Assembly (NCBI RefSeq): GCF_006345805.1
Contig: NC_043017.1
Coordinates: 806,001 to 870,000 of the forward strand
Origin: Octopus sinensis
Lineage: Eukaryota
Direction of reading: 5' to 3'
Length of the DNA stretch: 64,000 nucleotides
Positions 1 to 13,797 of this stretch are shown here, piece after piece (the stretch's first letter is position 1; each line of letters opens with the position of its first letter). The position numbers were made by a program, and so were the translations under genes. The notes under the pieces were generated by a model. The model saw only the letters and a program-made list of their open reading frames with translations. It was not told the origin of the DNA and made no database searches.

Positions 1-9
1 TGTGCGACT

Positions 10-239
10 ATATTAATGCATGTACATGCATACATACATGCATATATATATGCATGTATATATGTATACACACCCACATATATATATATTTATATTCTCT
101 TCCCTCTCTCTCGTTCTCTCTCTCCCTCTCCTTCTTTATATAGGTATATACATATATGTATGTATGTACATGTATAAATGTACATGTATATATATATATA
201 TATATTATATATATATACAAATATACATATATATATATA

Positions 240-309
<70 letters not shown>

Positions 310-375
310 CATATATATTCATATATATATAATATATATATATATATAATAATATATATATGTGTGTGTGTATAT
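10..375. repeat. compound (TA)n/(TACA)n/(CT)n microsatellite
   Basis: Direct: long TA run with TACA and CT interruptions; it explains the I/Y-rich ORFs here. Confidence 0.95.
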
Positions 376-654
376 ATAAATGCAGACACGTATGAATAAG
401 GATATATATGTGTAAGTATATACCGGAAATGTTTCCTTCCGTGAACGTTAAGAGGCTTGGAATCGCATCAAGAGAGTAAGAATGATGATGCAATACCATG
501 CAATGTGAAAGATATTCTTCTCTAAGGAAACTTTCTGATTCTTCGATTATAGAAATTCTTGTGTATGTCTTGAAGGACTTGGTATTTTTATCCTTACCAC
601 ATTTGCTGATTCGTCATGCTTCATGTTTTTTTTCAACACGCCTACTCTTTACTG

Positions 655-870
655 TTTTTCTCTTTTAATTGTTTCAGTCATGTGACTGTGGCCATGCTGG
701 AGCACCGCTTATAGTCGAGCACATCGACCCCAGGACTTATTATTTGTAGGCCTTGTACTTATTTTATCGGTCTCTTTTGCCGAGTCGCTAAGTTACGTGC
801 ACGTAAACACACCAGCATCAGTTGTGAACCGATGTTGAGGGGATAAACACAGACACAGAAACATATACAC
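655..870 (-). mobile_element. 3' half of tRNA-derived SINE (family A, CORE-like)
   Basis: Direct: homologous to the fuller copies at 9813-10189 and 35215-35619 (ggccatgctggagcacc...atcgaccccaggacttatt...tcggtctcttttgccga). Confidence 0.85.
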
Positions 871-885
871 ACCAATATATATTAT

Positions 886-939
<54 letters not shown>

Positions 940-1039
940 TATATAATATAAATATATGTATGTATATACATAAGTGTATGTGTATATAAGCATATAAATA
1001 TGTATTTATATGTATTTATATAAATACATACATATTTTT

Positions 1040-1245
1040 TTTTCTACCGCGTTAGTATCGTTGGCGATTTTCCTTCTCCGTCTTCCCTTCTTTGGACTTT
1101 TTCTATATATCTGATGAAGAGCTCCGCTCGAAACGTGAAATCCTCTTTCTTTTCTTTTCTGAGCGTCCAAAAACACTGTACTTATTCCACGTCCTCGCGT
1201 TGTTGTTTTTTTCTTGCTTGTTTTAGCGAACCTATGTATATACAA
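1040..1245 (+). mobile_element. short Penelope-like terminal fragment with hammerhead-like motif
   Basis: Direct: CTGATGA-A-GAGC-TCC-GCTC-GAAA-CGT at 1111-1136; the body is homologous to 34514-34712 and (reverse) 59424-59590. Penelope assignment is inference. Confidence 0.6.
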
Positions 1246-2462
1246 GTATTCATACAAGAATACGGGTGCACTTCATTTGGTATTGGATATTTTCCCCGTC
1301 ATCTTTTAGTCTTATTCGTAACAATTTATGAAATATCAACAGAACGAATTCTTAAAGCATTCCTATTTTAAGGGAAAACTATTATTTGCTTGGTTGATTT
1401 TTAAAGTTCAATTATGCAGTAAATAGCTTTGCATTAGAGAAGTGATTCTCACAGAGATGTGTTTCAAGTCTTCTACATTTTATTTTTATCTCCTGAAATG
1501 CAGAGAACATTTTCCACCTTCCTCTTGATTGTGATATTGCAGTTAATTTCTTTGAATTGGCTGTTTGCAATTTATTTAAAACTACTGCCTCTGAATATAT
1601 TGTCTTTCCCAGCCGGTATATTATTAGTAGTAATGTAGCTATCTTCGGTTTGAACTGCGGTGGTGGGAATACACAACACCACACTCTACCATGTGAACTT
1701 TAGCCTTTGGTAACGCCTAAAGTTTGTCATTGCAAACCACATCGTCTCCTCACTTTCGGCTTGGCGGCACGCGTCCTCCTCTTTCTTTGATTATAATTGA
1801 TTTTCTCCAGAAATCGGGGAACACAGAGTCAGACTAAGATACATATAAAAAGAAGGATCAATTCCAGTATAGAACTCGCTCCTCATGTACCAACCTCGAA
1901 AGTATAACTGTCAGATCCAATGTTGGCAAGATTTGAAATAGGGTCTTGGAATCCGGAACGATTATAGCAAAGCAATATATTCCACCCGATTACAACTGTG
2001 TCAGGTTGCAAATCGCAATTTCTGTGTATCCGAAAAATATTGTATAGTGACAATTGTGTTACTACCATCGTTTTGAATATTAACAGCAGGGGAAATTTTC
2101 ATTAGCAAACGCTTAGTCTCGGATCATTAAATCGTGCCAGACCAATTCTAATTACAAATCGGCTAGCTGCTTAATTAAATTCAAAGTTTTTGTAAAATCA
2201 ATTTGCAAGAGACCTTCTTTTTAAACGACACGGCAATAAGAATGGTGTTAATTAATGATTCAATACACTTTGTTTTGGTAAGTTTCCTCAAACGATGCAC
2301 TTTCCAAAATTCGCTTGCAGTGACCATAACACTTGGATAATCAACGAAACGCATATATTCTGACGTAAATTTGTATATGTTAAAATTCTCATAGCGCCGG
2401 TAAATGTATATAATGTCACGGTAACATTTTCGAAATTGCGTAGTTTAACTGTGCAACGCGTA

Positions 2463-2466
<4 letters not shown>

Positions 2467-2514
<48 letters not shown>

Positions 2515-2556
2515 TGTGTTGTGTGCGTGTGTTTGTGTGTGTGTGTGTGCGTGTGT
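2467..2556. repeat. (TG)n microsatellite
   Basis: Direct. Confidence 0.95.
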
Positions 2557-3030
2557 GAAGTATATATCGCTCACTGAAGAGGTGAAATTAAGCTTAAACA
2601 ACGGTGTTCTACAGTCCCCTGGCGTTGTATAGTAATTGTTGGTGTCCTAGTCATTCATTTCGAGCTTATTTGCAGTAAGCCATTTTTCTTTAAAAAAATG
2701 TTGGAACGTTACTCGTTGTAATTTTAAGCCGGTTAAGTACATGAGTATGGTGTGTTTCATCGAGTAACATGCTCTTCGTTTTCGTTGAAGTCTGATGCGT
2801 CAATATGCAAAGTTTAATGCCATACTGTACATCCATCTGTCATTCGCAAACGCACACGGCTTGGTAAAGTGTGTCATATCAATCATATACATACAGATTG
2901 TTCTAGATGCCCGTGTAGAGGAGAGCAGGCAGTAACACAGCTTCGCACATCTCACCCTTAACCCGGCAGTAGAATGTAACTGAATGTGACAAATGGAAGG
3001 AGCGCCGTCACTAAAATTACTATTAAACTA

Positions 3031-3296
3031 AAATAAAATAAATAAATGCGCCCTTTTAAAGCCTAGCCAGGCTCATGGGCCCTGTTTCCCGGTTTCTGTG
3101 GCGTTTGTGTTTCCCAGCTGGACGGGACGTCAGTTCATCGCAGCGTTACTCATTTTTGCCAGCTGAGTGGACTGGAGCAACGTGAAATGACGTGTTTTGC
3201 TCAAGAACACAACGCGTCGCCCGGACCAGGAATCGAAACCACAATCTTACGATTATGATGCTGACACCCGAACCACTAAGCCACGCGCCTCCACTC
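3031..3296 (-). mobile_element. near full-length tRNA-derived SINE (family B, V/CORE-like core)
   Basis: Minus strand reads gtggaggcgcgTGGCTTAGTGG (A box)...GTTTCGATTCC (B box), then ttgtgttcttgagcaaaacac...gctccagtccactcagctg core, then a (TTTA)-like tail. Confidence 0.85.
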
Positions 3297-3449
3297 CTAA
3301 ATTGAAACATAGCATAATTTCTCCCATAAGCAAAATTCTGGTCTTGTGGCCTCTCAAGATTCCTTCTGGATTATTTCATGTAAGAACTGAGTGTTTTCCT
3401 TCCATTAGCTTATATCAGATACTCTGAGCTACGGATAGTCTAGCGGGAT

Positions 3450-4220
3450 AGTCGGTTATATCGACCTCGGTGCTTAACCAGTACGTATATTTCGAGCCTG
3501 AAAAGCTGAAAGGCAAAGTCGACTTCAGCAACATTTGAATTCAGAACGTAAAACCGGAAGAAGTACTACTATGCAATTTCTCCGGCGCGCTAACTCTTCT
3601 CCCTTCTTTAAAACGCATAATAATGGTGGCATGGTAAAGCGTCTGCCAGCTTTGAAACGTACAATAATAGCTACAAATTTTGAAACAAGACCCCTGGGGT
3701 CTATTTCATTAAATAGATCCCCAGTGCTCAACTGGTGCTTATTTTATCGAGGCCCGAAATAATGATAGACAAAATCGACCTCTGTGGAATTTGAACTCAG
3801 ACTGTGAAGCCTGTGTGTTAACGATTCTGCCAGCTCACAGACTTACTATAACAAAATGCCTAAAACTTTGGTGGAGGGGGGGCTAGTCAATTTCATCGAC
3901 CCCAGTGCGTAACTGGTACTTATTTCATTGAAAGTATCGACGGTGACGGAGTTTGAACTTAAAAGTAAGGGCGGACGAAATACCACTAAGTTCTGTTAAC
4001 TCACCGATTTGTAACGTATAACAGTTCTTTCAGCTATACTCAGAAGGCTTGGAATATGAAGGGATGGGGGAGTCAAGTACTTCGGCCGCAGTACATGGCT
4101 GGTACTTAATTTATTGACCAAGGCCGATGTCGGTAGAATTTGAACTTTGAGCGTAAGGGTGGACGAAATGCCGCTAAGTAATTTTCCCAGCTTGTTAAGG
4201 ATTCCGCCATCTCACTGCGT
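3450..4220 (-). mobile_element. four tandem decayed copies of tRNA-derived SINE family C
   Basis: Direct: four successive blocks (about 3450, 3690, 3870, 4060) each match ccagtg..aactggtactta..ttatcgac..gaaaggcaaagtcgac..gaatttgaactcagaacgta of the intact copy at 17051-17280. Confidence 0.75.
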
Positions 4221-4232
4221 TGTAACGAATAA

Positions 4233-4573
4233 TCCGGAGACTCCCTTCGGTTCCGAATGACTATAGGATTGCATCTAGAAAGTCACCCTCCCTGGCACAA
4301 GTCCGGGCAAGGTTGTTTATGGAAGGCCAGCAGCCGCCCAAGTATGCCGACCTCCCCTCTCCACACCACTATTGTTATCCAAGGGAAAAGCAAAGGGGCC
4401 GATACAGCTTGGCACCTGTGACGTCGCAACTCATTTCTACAGCTGAGTGAACTGGAGCAACGTGAAATAAAGTGTCTTGCTCAAGAACGCAACACGCAGC
4501 CCGGTCCGGTATTCGAACTCACAACCTCACGGTCGTAAGATCTACGCTATAACCACTGAGCCATGCGTCTTCA
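4233..4573 (-). mobile_element. tRNA-derived SINE (family B head/core, different tail)
   Basis: Minus strand: TGGCTCAGTGG A box, GTTCGAATACC B box, same ttcttgagcaagacac...gctccagttcactcagctg core as 3031-3296, distinct 3' tail. Confidence 0.85.
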
Positions 4574-5549
4574 CTGCAACATATAATAGTAATATATAAA
4601 TATCATAGATGACACGGGGAACTCGAGAATCAATCCAATCTTCACATCAGTTTATAATCATGTGTGGTGGATTTTATCTGTTACGTAATTGATCTTTGGA
4701 CAAGTTTCATTTACTGATGTTCAGTTTATGGTAAGGTCACGCGCTTCGGTCGTTCAACTTGTCTGTGTAATTCTCAGAAAGGTCACAGGTCTTGCATTTC
4801 GGTGCCACTGTAGGCCATAAAAAAATAATTAAATAATATAATGAAAACCTTGCGCTCTGCCAACTGTACTAATTGCACAACTACATCGTCTATTAATTGC
4901 AACCCGTTGGTTTGTCCGATCATCGCTCTAGCCGCTTGAGATAATCTCATGACTTCCGGTTTACCAAAATGAAAAGAATACAAACAAGACCGAAAAGAAA
5001 CAAACGGGTTGAGAATATTAATGGCGTGAGCACATCATATTAAAAATTTTCCTCGCACTATAGCAGAACACTCTCTTAAATAATGGACGATACCAGAATC
5101 AATTTTCATTAGCATTCAATTGTCAAGAACATCCATTAAGTACATACAAGAATGATGATGCGTCAATAAACATTTCTCTCGTCGGTTCCATTCCAAATAT
5201 CTCTCCAGCCAAGTGAGAGCAAATCCATTACAATTAGTTGATGTGTAATTATTGGTACCAGATTCCGCTCTTTTCCCCTCTCCGTTGAAGGCTCTCAGCT
5301 GTGATTTGATAAGCATCAATGCCCACCACACCCGAGCTAATAGTCGAAACTCCCTCATATATTATTCATAATATCAATCGTTGGTTTTTGCTACTCTTGA
5401 CCAACTGAATAATGAAGATTAAAATGATGATGATAATGTTGATGATAATGATGATGTTGAGGAGGAGGAGGAGGATGTGGAAGATGATGATGACGTTAGT
5501 TTCAAATTTTGGCACAACGTCAGCAAACTTTTGTGAGAAGTGGGATACG

Positions 5550-5695
5550 TGTCCAACTGGTACTTACTTTATCGACCCTGAGAGAATGAAAGGCAACATC
5601 GATCTCGGCGGAATTAGAACGCAGAACGTAACGAGGGACGAAATACCGTTTTTCAGTTTGTCTGGAATGCTAACGATTCTCCACCAAGCCGCCTT
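5550..5695 (-). mobile_element. SINE family C, decayed
   Basis: Direct homology to 17051-17280. Confidence 0.8.
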
Positions 5696-5874
5696 AATTG
5701 TAATAGCAACGGGTAGCCACGGTGGGTATAATGGGTTTTGTATATTTTCAGCGCGTCTTCACTTCGATTGCACATGTTGCTCTGTCACTCAGTAACGACG
5801 ATGATGATGATGATGATGATAGTAATAATATTGCCCTGATGCAGTAACAGGCAAAATTGACAAGAACTCGCGAA

Positions 5875-6161
5875 CTATTTGCCCGGTCTTGCTCCCTGCG
5901 ACCTTTTTTAATTTCTCGGAATCAAAATAGTCCTTAAAAGTAAAACGTTTTGCAGATGGGGAAGCGATCAAGGAAAAACAACGGAGGCTTTAAAAGGTGT
6001 CACTTCACAAGAGTTCTAGGACTGCTTCGGACAGTGGAAAACCCCTTGGACCACGCACTGATTCAAATGGAGAATACTTTGAAGGTGATAAAAATGTAAA
6101 CATAAAATTAAATGAATAAAATGATATTGCAAAATTCTGTTTTCTTTCGGGAACCCCCTCG
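5875..6161 (+). mobile_element. mariner transposase C-terminal remnant plus 3' TIR
   Basis: Frameshifted translation YLPGLAPCD...KRFADGEAIKEKTTEALKGVTSQEF*DCFGQW...SNGEYFEGD matches the mariner YSPDLAPxD...GxYFEG tail; ends ...gaaccccctcg|TA. Confidence 0.85.
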
Positions 6162-6169
6162 TATATATT

Positions 6170-6226
<57 letters not shown>

Positions 6227-7071
6227 ATCTACATATACCTGTATATGTATCGTTGTATATTTATGTATATACACATTCATGCAGATAAATGATTGCATAC
6301 ATGTATTAGAACACATATATATGCATACATATGTGTATGTGAATGAATATGTGTCTGTGTGTGTATGAGTGGGTGTATACATTCGTGCTACAAGACAAAT
6401 GCTTAAAAGTTTACTCCGTAGTTAGCGGAGTAAACATCTCCATCACAAAATCGCACAACGGTAGCGTATCTTTTAACACTTAAAATGAAGTAGAGAAACA
6501 ATGACTCGGCAGAATAAGTAGTACATCGACAGACAGACGTTGAGCACTAAAAACTACTACACATCATTATATACAATATAATATAATTATCACTAGACGT
6601 GGTTGCTTTAATAAATAGCCGACCTGAAGGATAAACAAATCAGATGAGTAAATTTATATTCAGGTCGTGATGTACAACATATTAATTTAAGGTATTTATA
6701 TAATATTGATTTCTAACAATAGTACATTAATATAATTATAAAATAAGAGCAAAACGTAACGGGGACTCTTCCGGTGTCTTGGTGCTGCGATGTCTGCTCT
6801 GTATTGTGTATGTATCTATAACGACTAATTACTGAAATTTCTTTCAGCTATCTTTGATTTAAATCCATTCCCGGAAAAAATGCAAATTGGGAATTATTGT
6901 AAATAGGTAATTATATAGGTAATATTTGATATATTTTCTATAATTTCGATTTCGATTAATAATTTTCGAGTACAGTGTAAAATGTTATAGAGTAGGATAA
7001 GAGCAGAGATATTTTCAAATATGTCGGAAATCTTACGGGAACGGAAGTTGACTAATAGCGTGTAAATAATC

Positions 7072-7128
<57 letters not shown>

Positions 7129-7321
7129 CACGGCATATTGATATTACTTATGAAATATATGGAAAACATCATAAATGTGGGTGTATAAACACGCACACAC
7201 GCACTCACACACGCGTACATATATATCTATCTGTATATCTGATTGCATACATATATATGTACATGTGTGTGTGTATGTGAGTGCATATGTGTGTGTGAGC
7301 GACCGTGTATATCTATATATC

Positions 7322-7700
7322 ATCAGAATGAGTAAAAAGTAAGCAATATTTTGAAACATGAAGAATTTGTACCAGTTTATTTTTGCAGAGTTTTGAATAT
7401 TTCAAATCATATTTTTGAAATTGTCGGATAATACAGACATAGAATTGCCCAAATGCATCAATAAATTAACATTGATTTCTTTTATTCACTGTTGTTACAA
7501 TCATCTGAAATGGAACTGTCAAAGCGCGATATTCGAGCAATTTTTTTTATTCAACTTCAAAGACGTGAAGTAGCTGAAACTGCTCGCGATACCAAAGAAA
7601 CGTTTGTTGAGGAAATGATCAGTGATTGGTCAGCTCAAAAATGTTTTAGACGTTTTCGCAGTGGAGACTAGAGACTTGAAGATCGTGAGAATATGGACTC
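7322..7700 (+). mobile_element. mariner transposase N-terminal (HTH) remnant
   Basis: From ATG 7510, across frameshifts: MELSKRDIRAIF..FNFK..EVAETARDTKETFVEEMISDWSAQKCFRRFRSGD*RLEDRE, similar to the Hsmar1-type N-terminus (IRAIFLFEFKMGRKAAETTRNIN...WFKKF..GDESLEDEE). Confidence 0.8.
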
Positions 7701-8632
7701 CCACCTATCGTCGATGACTGTCATTGAGAAAGATCCACGTAGAACCACTCGAGAACAAAGAGTGAGAGAGAGAGAGAGAAAGACATATACACACGCACAT
7801 ACACACACATGTATGTGTTTGTGTTTGTCCATTCATCACCGCTTGACAACGTGTTTCGACAAAAGAGATCGATAGTATATGTGCATATATGCGTGTGTGT
7901 GTGTGTGTGTGTGTGTACGTGTGAGAGTGTGAGTGAGTGTGTGTGTGTGTGTGTGGTGTGTGTGTGTGTGTGTGTGTGTAATCTTCTGTGAAGGTGCGTG
8001 TCTTAGCGGTCAGGATCATGCACCCATTCATGATCGTTATATAATTGGCTCGAATCCTAAACTGGGCGGTGTTTTGTTTTCTTTAGCAAAGCATTTAATT
8101 TCCCGTTGCTCCATCCCCTCTTTCCGTCAAATGGGGGAAATTTGCCCCCCTCGCCAAGCCAGCAGTGTGTCGTTATTTGTAAGCTAAAACGGTGCACAGT
8201 GCATTGCCCCCCCCCCACCGATATTTGATATCTGATAGTCAGGTCGGTCACGTGATATAATCTTTTATTTTTTACATGTTTCAGTCGAATATATACATTC
8301 ACACAAAACACACACACGCACAAACACTGAAAAAGCCACCAAGGGCACCAAATGGTGTAAATTTAGGTTAATAAAGTTTTAGATATATTTCATTCGAGTT
8401 GTTTGGGTTCGTGAGGGCCAACTTTTGGTTAATTGTGCCCATGAAAGTCTAACTTGAGTGACGAATGTCTGTAAAAGGCAAAGGTACGTACGTTTTTTGA
8501 TGTATTCATTCTGTACACATTTATAAATGGAGTAACAGACAAGAAATCGGTTAAGATAATCGATACATACATCCATACACACATATATATATATTTATAT
8601 ATAAAATACACTTTGATCTTAGCCAATATATG

Positions 8633-8686
<54 letters not shown>

Positions 8687-9659
8687 TAGACACGTATTCG
8701 CATGTGTATATTTATATATGTGTGTGTGTGTGTGTGTGCATGTGTGTGTAAGTCTGTGAGTGTCTACGTATTTAGAACTGTCCTCTGAACTCAAGCTAAA
8801 AGTACTTGAGCGCAGACACACACACGCAGACACACGCACGCACACACACACATACAGAAACGCACACATACACACACACATATATTCACACTCTAAAAAC
8901 ACAAGCACACTGCCCTTGAGAACTATCATAGATTTTCTATAATTGTCTCTTCATTCTCCATTTATATATGACAGGTATTTTGGTCGTTGATGTTGCTGCC
9001 GTTGCTGCTGTCGCAGATGGATATTAGGTTATATTCGATCTCGCCATGCGCACCGAGAACACCAAACTCGGCGATATTTTCAACTTTGATGCTTCCTCGG
9101 TATATTTCCGGCCTGTTCAATTTCCGGTCAGGAAATAAAGATATATTTTAGACAGCCTCAGATAACCTTGTTCATAGAGATTTCTCGTTGACCCAGTTCT
9201 GCTTTTCTCTTTCTTATATTGTTTTCAAAACGTTAACATACATCGAGACAGCCGTGCTAATACAAAGGTGTATTAATATATATCCACTGGCATATCTAAA
9301 TATTTCTTTGAACCGGCACGGACTGCATGATGCTAACGTTTTCAAAGCAATTATAATAGAAGTAGAAATAACAATAGCAGTAATCGTATATTTCACATTA
9401 TTACTGATGTTCATGACATCGTCGACGAATATCTGAGACATCAACAAATAGGATAAAGGGGGACGGGGAGAGGAGGGGTTGGTGAGTGACTGCCATACAT
9501 TTTTCACAGACGCGTTGACACAGATGCATATGCGTATATGAATACATATACACTTACACACGCGCACAAACACACCGCACACACACATACACTAACACAA
9601 ACACACATACGTTTGTGTGTGTATGTGTGCGTCTGCGTGTGTGCGTGTGAGGGAAAAAT

Positions 9660-9772
9660 GGACTAGTGGTAAGGTATTTGCACTCACGATCGCGGGACCG
9701 TGGTTTCGATCCTTTGACAGGGTTGTGAGTTATTCTCGGGCAAAATATTCCATCTCCCGTGGAGATGGAATA
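9660..9772 (+). mobile_element. truncated tRNA-SINE head ending in a 12-bp hairpin
   Basis: ggactagtggtaagg (A-box-like), gtggtttcgatcc (B-box-like); similarity to family B stops at the hairpin 9746-9772. Confidence 0.55.
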
Positions 9773-9812
9773 ATGGTCTTCTCAGCGTGTATAAATTTTA
9801 TACACTCATATA

Positions 9813-10189
9813 TACTCTTTTACTCTTTACTCTTTTAATTGTTTCAGTCATTTAACTGTGGCCATGCTGGAGCACCACCTTTAGTCAAGGAAATCGACCC
9901 CAGGACTTATTCTTTGTAAGCCTAGTACTTATTCTATCGGTCTCTTTTGCCGAACCGCTAAGTTAAGGGGACGGTTGTCAAGCACAGACACACAAATATA
10001 TACACACACATGCATATATATATATACGACGGGCTTCTTTCAGTTTCCGTCTACCAAATCCCCTTACAAGACTTTGATCGGTCTGAGGCTACAGTAGAAG
10101 ATACTTGCCCAGGGTGCCACGCAGTGGGACTGAACCTGGAACCATGTGGTTGGTAAGCAAGCTACTTACCACACAGCCACTCCTACGCC
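9813..10189 (-). mobile_element. tRNA-derived SINE family A (CORE-like), small internal deletion
   Basis: Minus strand: gtggctgtgtggtaagtagcttgc...ggttccaggttcagtcccactgcgtggcaccctgggcaagt (tRNA head plus CORE-like segment), (aaagagta)n tail. Confidence 0.9.
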
Positions 10190-10190
10190 A

Positions 10191-10399
10191 CACAACCACA
10201 GAGGAGGCAAACAGGGACAGACAAAGAGATTAAGTCGATTACATCGATCCCAGTGCGTAACTGGTACTTAATTTATCGACCTCGAAACGATGAAAGGCAA
10301 AGTCGACCTCAGCGGAATTTGAACTCAGAACGTAACGGCAGACGAAATACCGCTAGGTATATCACCCGGCGTGCTAACGTTTCTGCCAGCTCATCGCCC
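10191..10399 (-). mobile_element. tRNA-derived SINE family C
   Basis: High identity to 17051-17280; directly abuts the family A copy. Confidence 0.9.
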
Positions 10400-11223
10400 C
10401 TCCAGATATCTATCATTTTTTCTCCTTCCTTGCTATGGTATACGGTTACCAGAGACCCAGACTCCCTACCTCTCCCTACATGCGAAATCGATACCCAGAC
10501 ATGTTTCAAGCATTTTCTTGCCTATGCTAAGTTCGGATTTTCAAATCTAGTCTTCTTGATAAGAAAATGACTCATCACAGTTTTCGTTTGATTGTGAGAT
10601 CTGATCTTTTTCGCCTGGAGATTCAGTTTCACCAAGCATTTTCTGAAATTTCCCCAAAATCACAGTTAAAAGTCTTCCACTTATCCCTGCTGATTAATTT
10701 TGCCAAAAGATGCGTTGTTGTCGCTGTTGTTATACTTGTTGGCAACGGTGGAGTTGGATTGATTGTTTAATTTGATAAATTTTTTTTATTTCCAGTTCAG
10801 CTTCTAATTTATTTCTCTTGCTTTCGCTGCTCTTGACGATGTTGTTCGTAGTTGGTTTGGGTGTTTTCTTAGTTAAAATTTTCCATTTACTATTTATTTT
10901 CATTAGTGTTCCCGGTGAAACACGCTGTCATCTGATTCCAAGGCAGTGGTATGATGTCTCACCCTCATGACCTCATTTTTTGTCTCCTGGTAATGTTCTT
11001 CACTCTATCCTTTTCCTCCACAGTGAAGCTTCACTGTGTCGCCTGATGTTTTCTACACGGAGGAAGAAAACAATTTCCATTAAAGAAATACTTTTAAATT
11101 TAGATAACATCGTAAGATAGGAGAAAACGTACGAAAATACGGTGTATTTCCAAATGATTGCTAAGCCGAAGTCTGCAGTAGCAACGGCACGACCACGACC
11201 CCCATAGCCAGCAACACCTACTG

Positions 11224-11560
11224 ACATAGGTGACCTAAGAATGATGAGAAAAGAGGCTGATTCCTTCCCAGCTCAGATAAAGGAAACACCAAAATGGCAG
11301 AAATTCAAAAGATAGTGCTCATAGGAACTGCCCATATCCTTCGTAAAATACTGTCTATATAATCTCAAATTTTAACAGAAACTTATAATTTTCTCATGTT
11401 TTCTGAAGCATTCTCTAGAACAATACTATGTGCAAAACCAAATATCTGACACCGTAGGCATAACACCAGCATGAACCTCTAACTTGTTGTCTCTTGAGGT
11501 ATCTGGGTGAAACTTGGAGCCAACTTGTACGAATACAAAGCAAAGTCAAGCATACAATAA
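11224..11560 (+). mobile_element. R4/Dong-like LINE 3' fragment
   Basis: Translates IGDLRMMRKEADSF..QIK.NTKMAEIQKIVLIGTAHILRKILSI*, homologous to the 60560-60988 C-terminus; the 3' UTR matches 61000-61203 and ends at aataat. Confidence 0.85.
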
Positions 11561-11632
11561 TAAAACTAAGCATTCGAACCAATTAAGATCAGTAGCCATG
11601 AGAGCTAGTGCTTGGTACTGCATCAGGGCATA

Positions 11633-12548
<916 letters not shown>

Positions 12549-12608
<60 letters not shown>

Positions 12609-13022
12609 CATTATTGTTGTTGTTGTTGTTATTGTTGTTGTTGTTGTAGCCATCATCATCATTGTCATTATCATTACCATAATTATTAATTTTATAATCA
12701 TCATCATCAGCAGCAGCAGCGGTATCAGTGGCAGCAGCAGCAGCAGTAGTGGTAGCAGCATCATCATTATTATCCCCATAATGATAATAATAATAATAAT
12801 AATCATCAACATACTACTACTACTATACTACTACTACTACTAATAATAATAATAATAATAATAATAACCAATATTATCATCATGATCATCATCATCGTCG
12901 TCGTCATCATGAACTTTATTATTATTATTATTATTATCATTATTATTATTATTATTATTATTGTTGTTGTTGTTGTTAGTTATTATTATTATTATTATTT
13001 TCGTCATCATCATCATTATTAA

Positions 13023-13096
<74 letters not shown>

Positions 13097-13100
13097 CATA
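12549..13100. repeat. compound trinucleotide tract (TTA/TTG/TCA/GCA/CTA/TAA)
   Basis: Direct. Confidence 0.95.
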
Positions 13101-13602
13101 GTTAACTACTCATTTATCTTAAACCTCTAAAAATAAGAAAATGCTTCGCTAATTTGATGTGAAGACTTCTTGACATACGTCAAAATTAATTCTCTTGTTC
13201 TGCAAAAATTAAGCAATGTTTTGTAATTTCAGTGGATACCTTAATCAAATATTTTCAGAAGCTGTCAATGTTTTAGTTTTATTCATTCTTAAACCAACAA
13301 GAAAAGAAAATGGCGAACTAATTTGTGTTTTCTAAAGAAATATTGTCTTATATATATATAACGAGTAGTGAGATAACATTGTTTGTAGTTTCGTAGTTTC
13401 GTGTTTTTATTTTTGAAAATTATTCGCAATTTGTTTTTATAATATATATATAGGATTGATTTGGTGTTTCACATAGGATGGATTCAGATATAGACAAATG
13501 GGTAAATAGAAAGAGGTGATAATACTACACAGGGTAACTGCGCAGGAGACCGGTTTTTATATATTCATATATATGAATACACATATTGAAGCATCTACCT
13601 GT

Positions 13603-13797
<195 letters not shown>

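Noticed and set aside
8-499. I/Y-, H/T-, C/V- and YLSI-rich ORFs here and throughout the window
   Set aside because: Stop-free readings of (TA)n, (CA)n, (TG)n and (TATC)n microsatellites.
2574-2587. CTGAAGA...GAAA hammerhead core
   Set aside because: Only 3 nt between the core halves, so no stem II, and no stem I partner.
3230-3296. tRNA genes at SINE heads (also 4510-4573, 17200-17280, 36831-36900)
   Set aside because: A/B boxes are present, but there is no closed acceptor stem and each continues into a shared SINE body.
6409-6435. 10-bp perfect hairpin GTTTACTCCG/CGGAGTAAAC
   Set aside because: A stem of this length is expected by chance roughly once in 64 kb, and it has no supporting context.
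5875-7700. One mariner element spanning both remnants
   Set aside because: The 3' end lies upstream of the 5' end on the same strand and the termini differ, so these are two separate copies.
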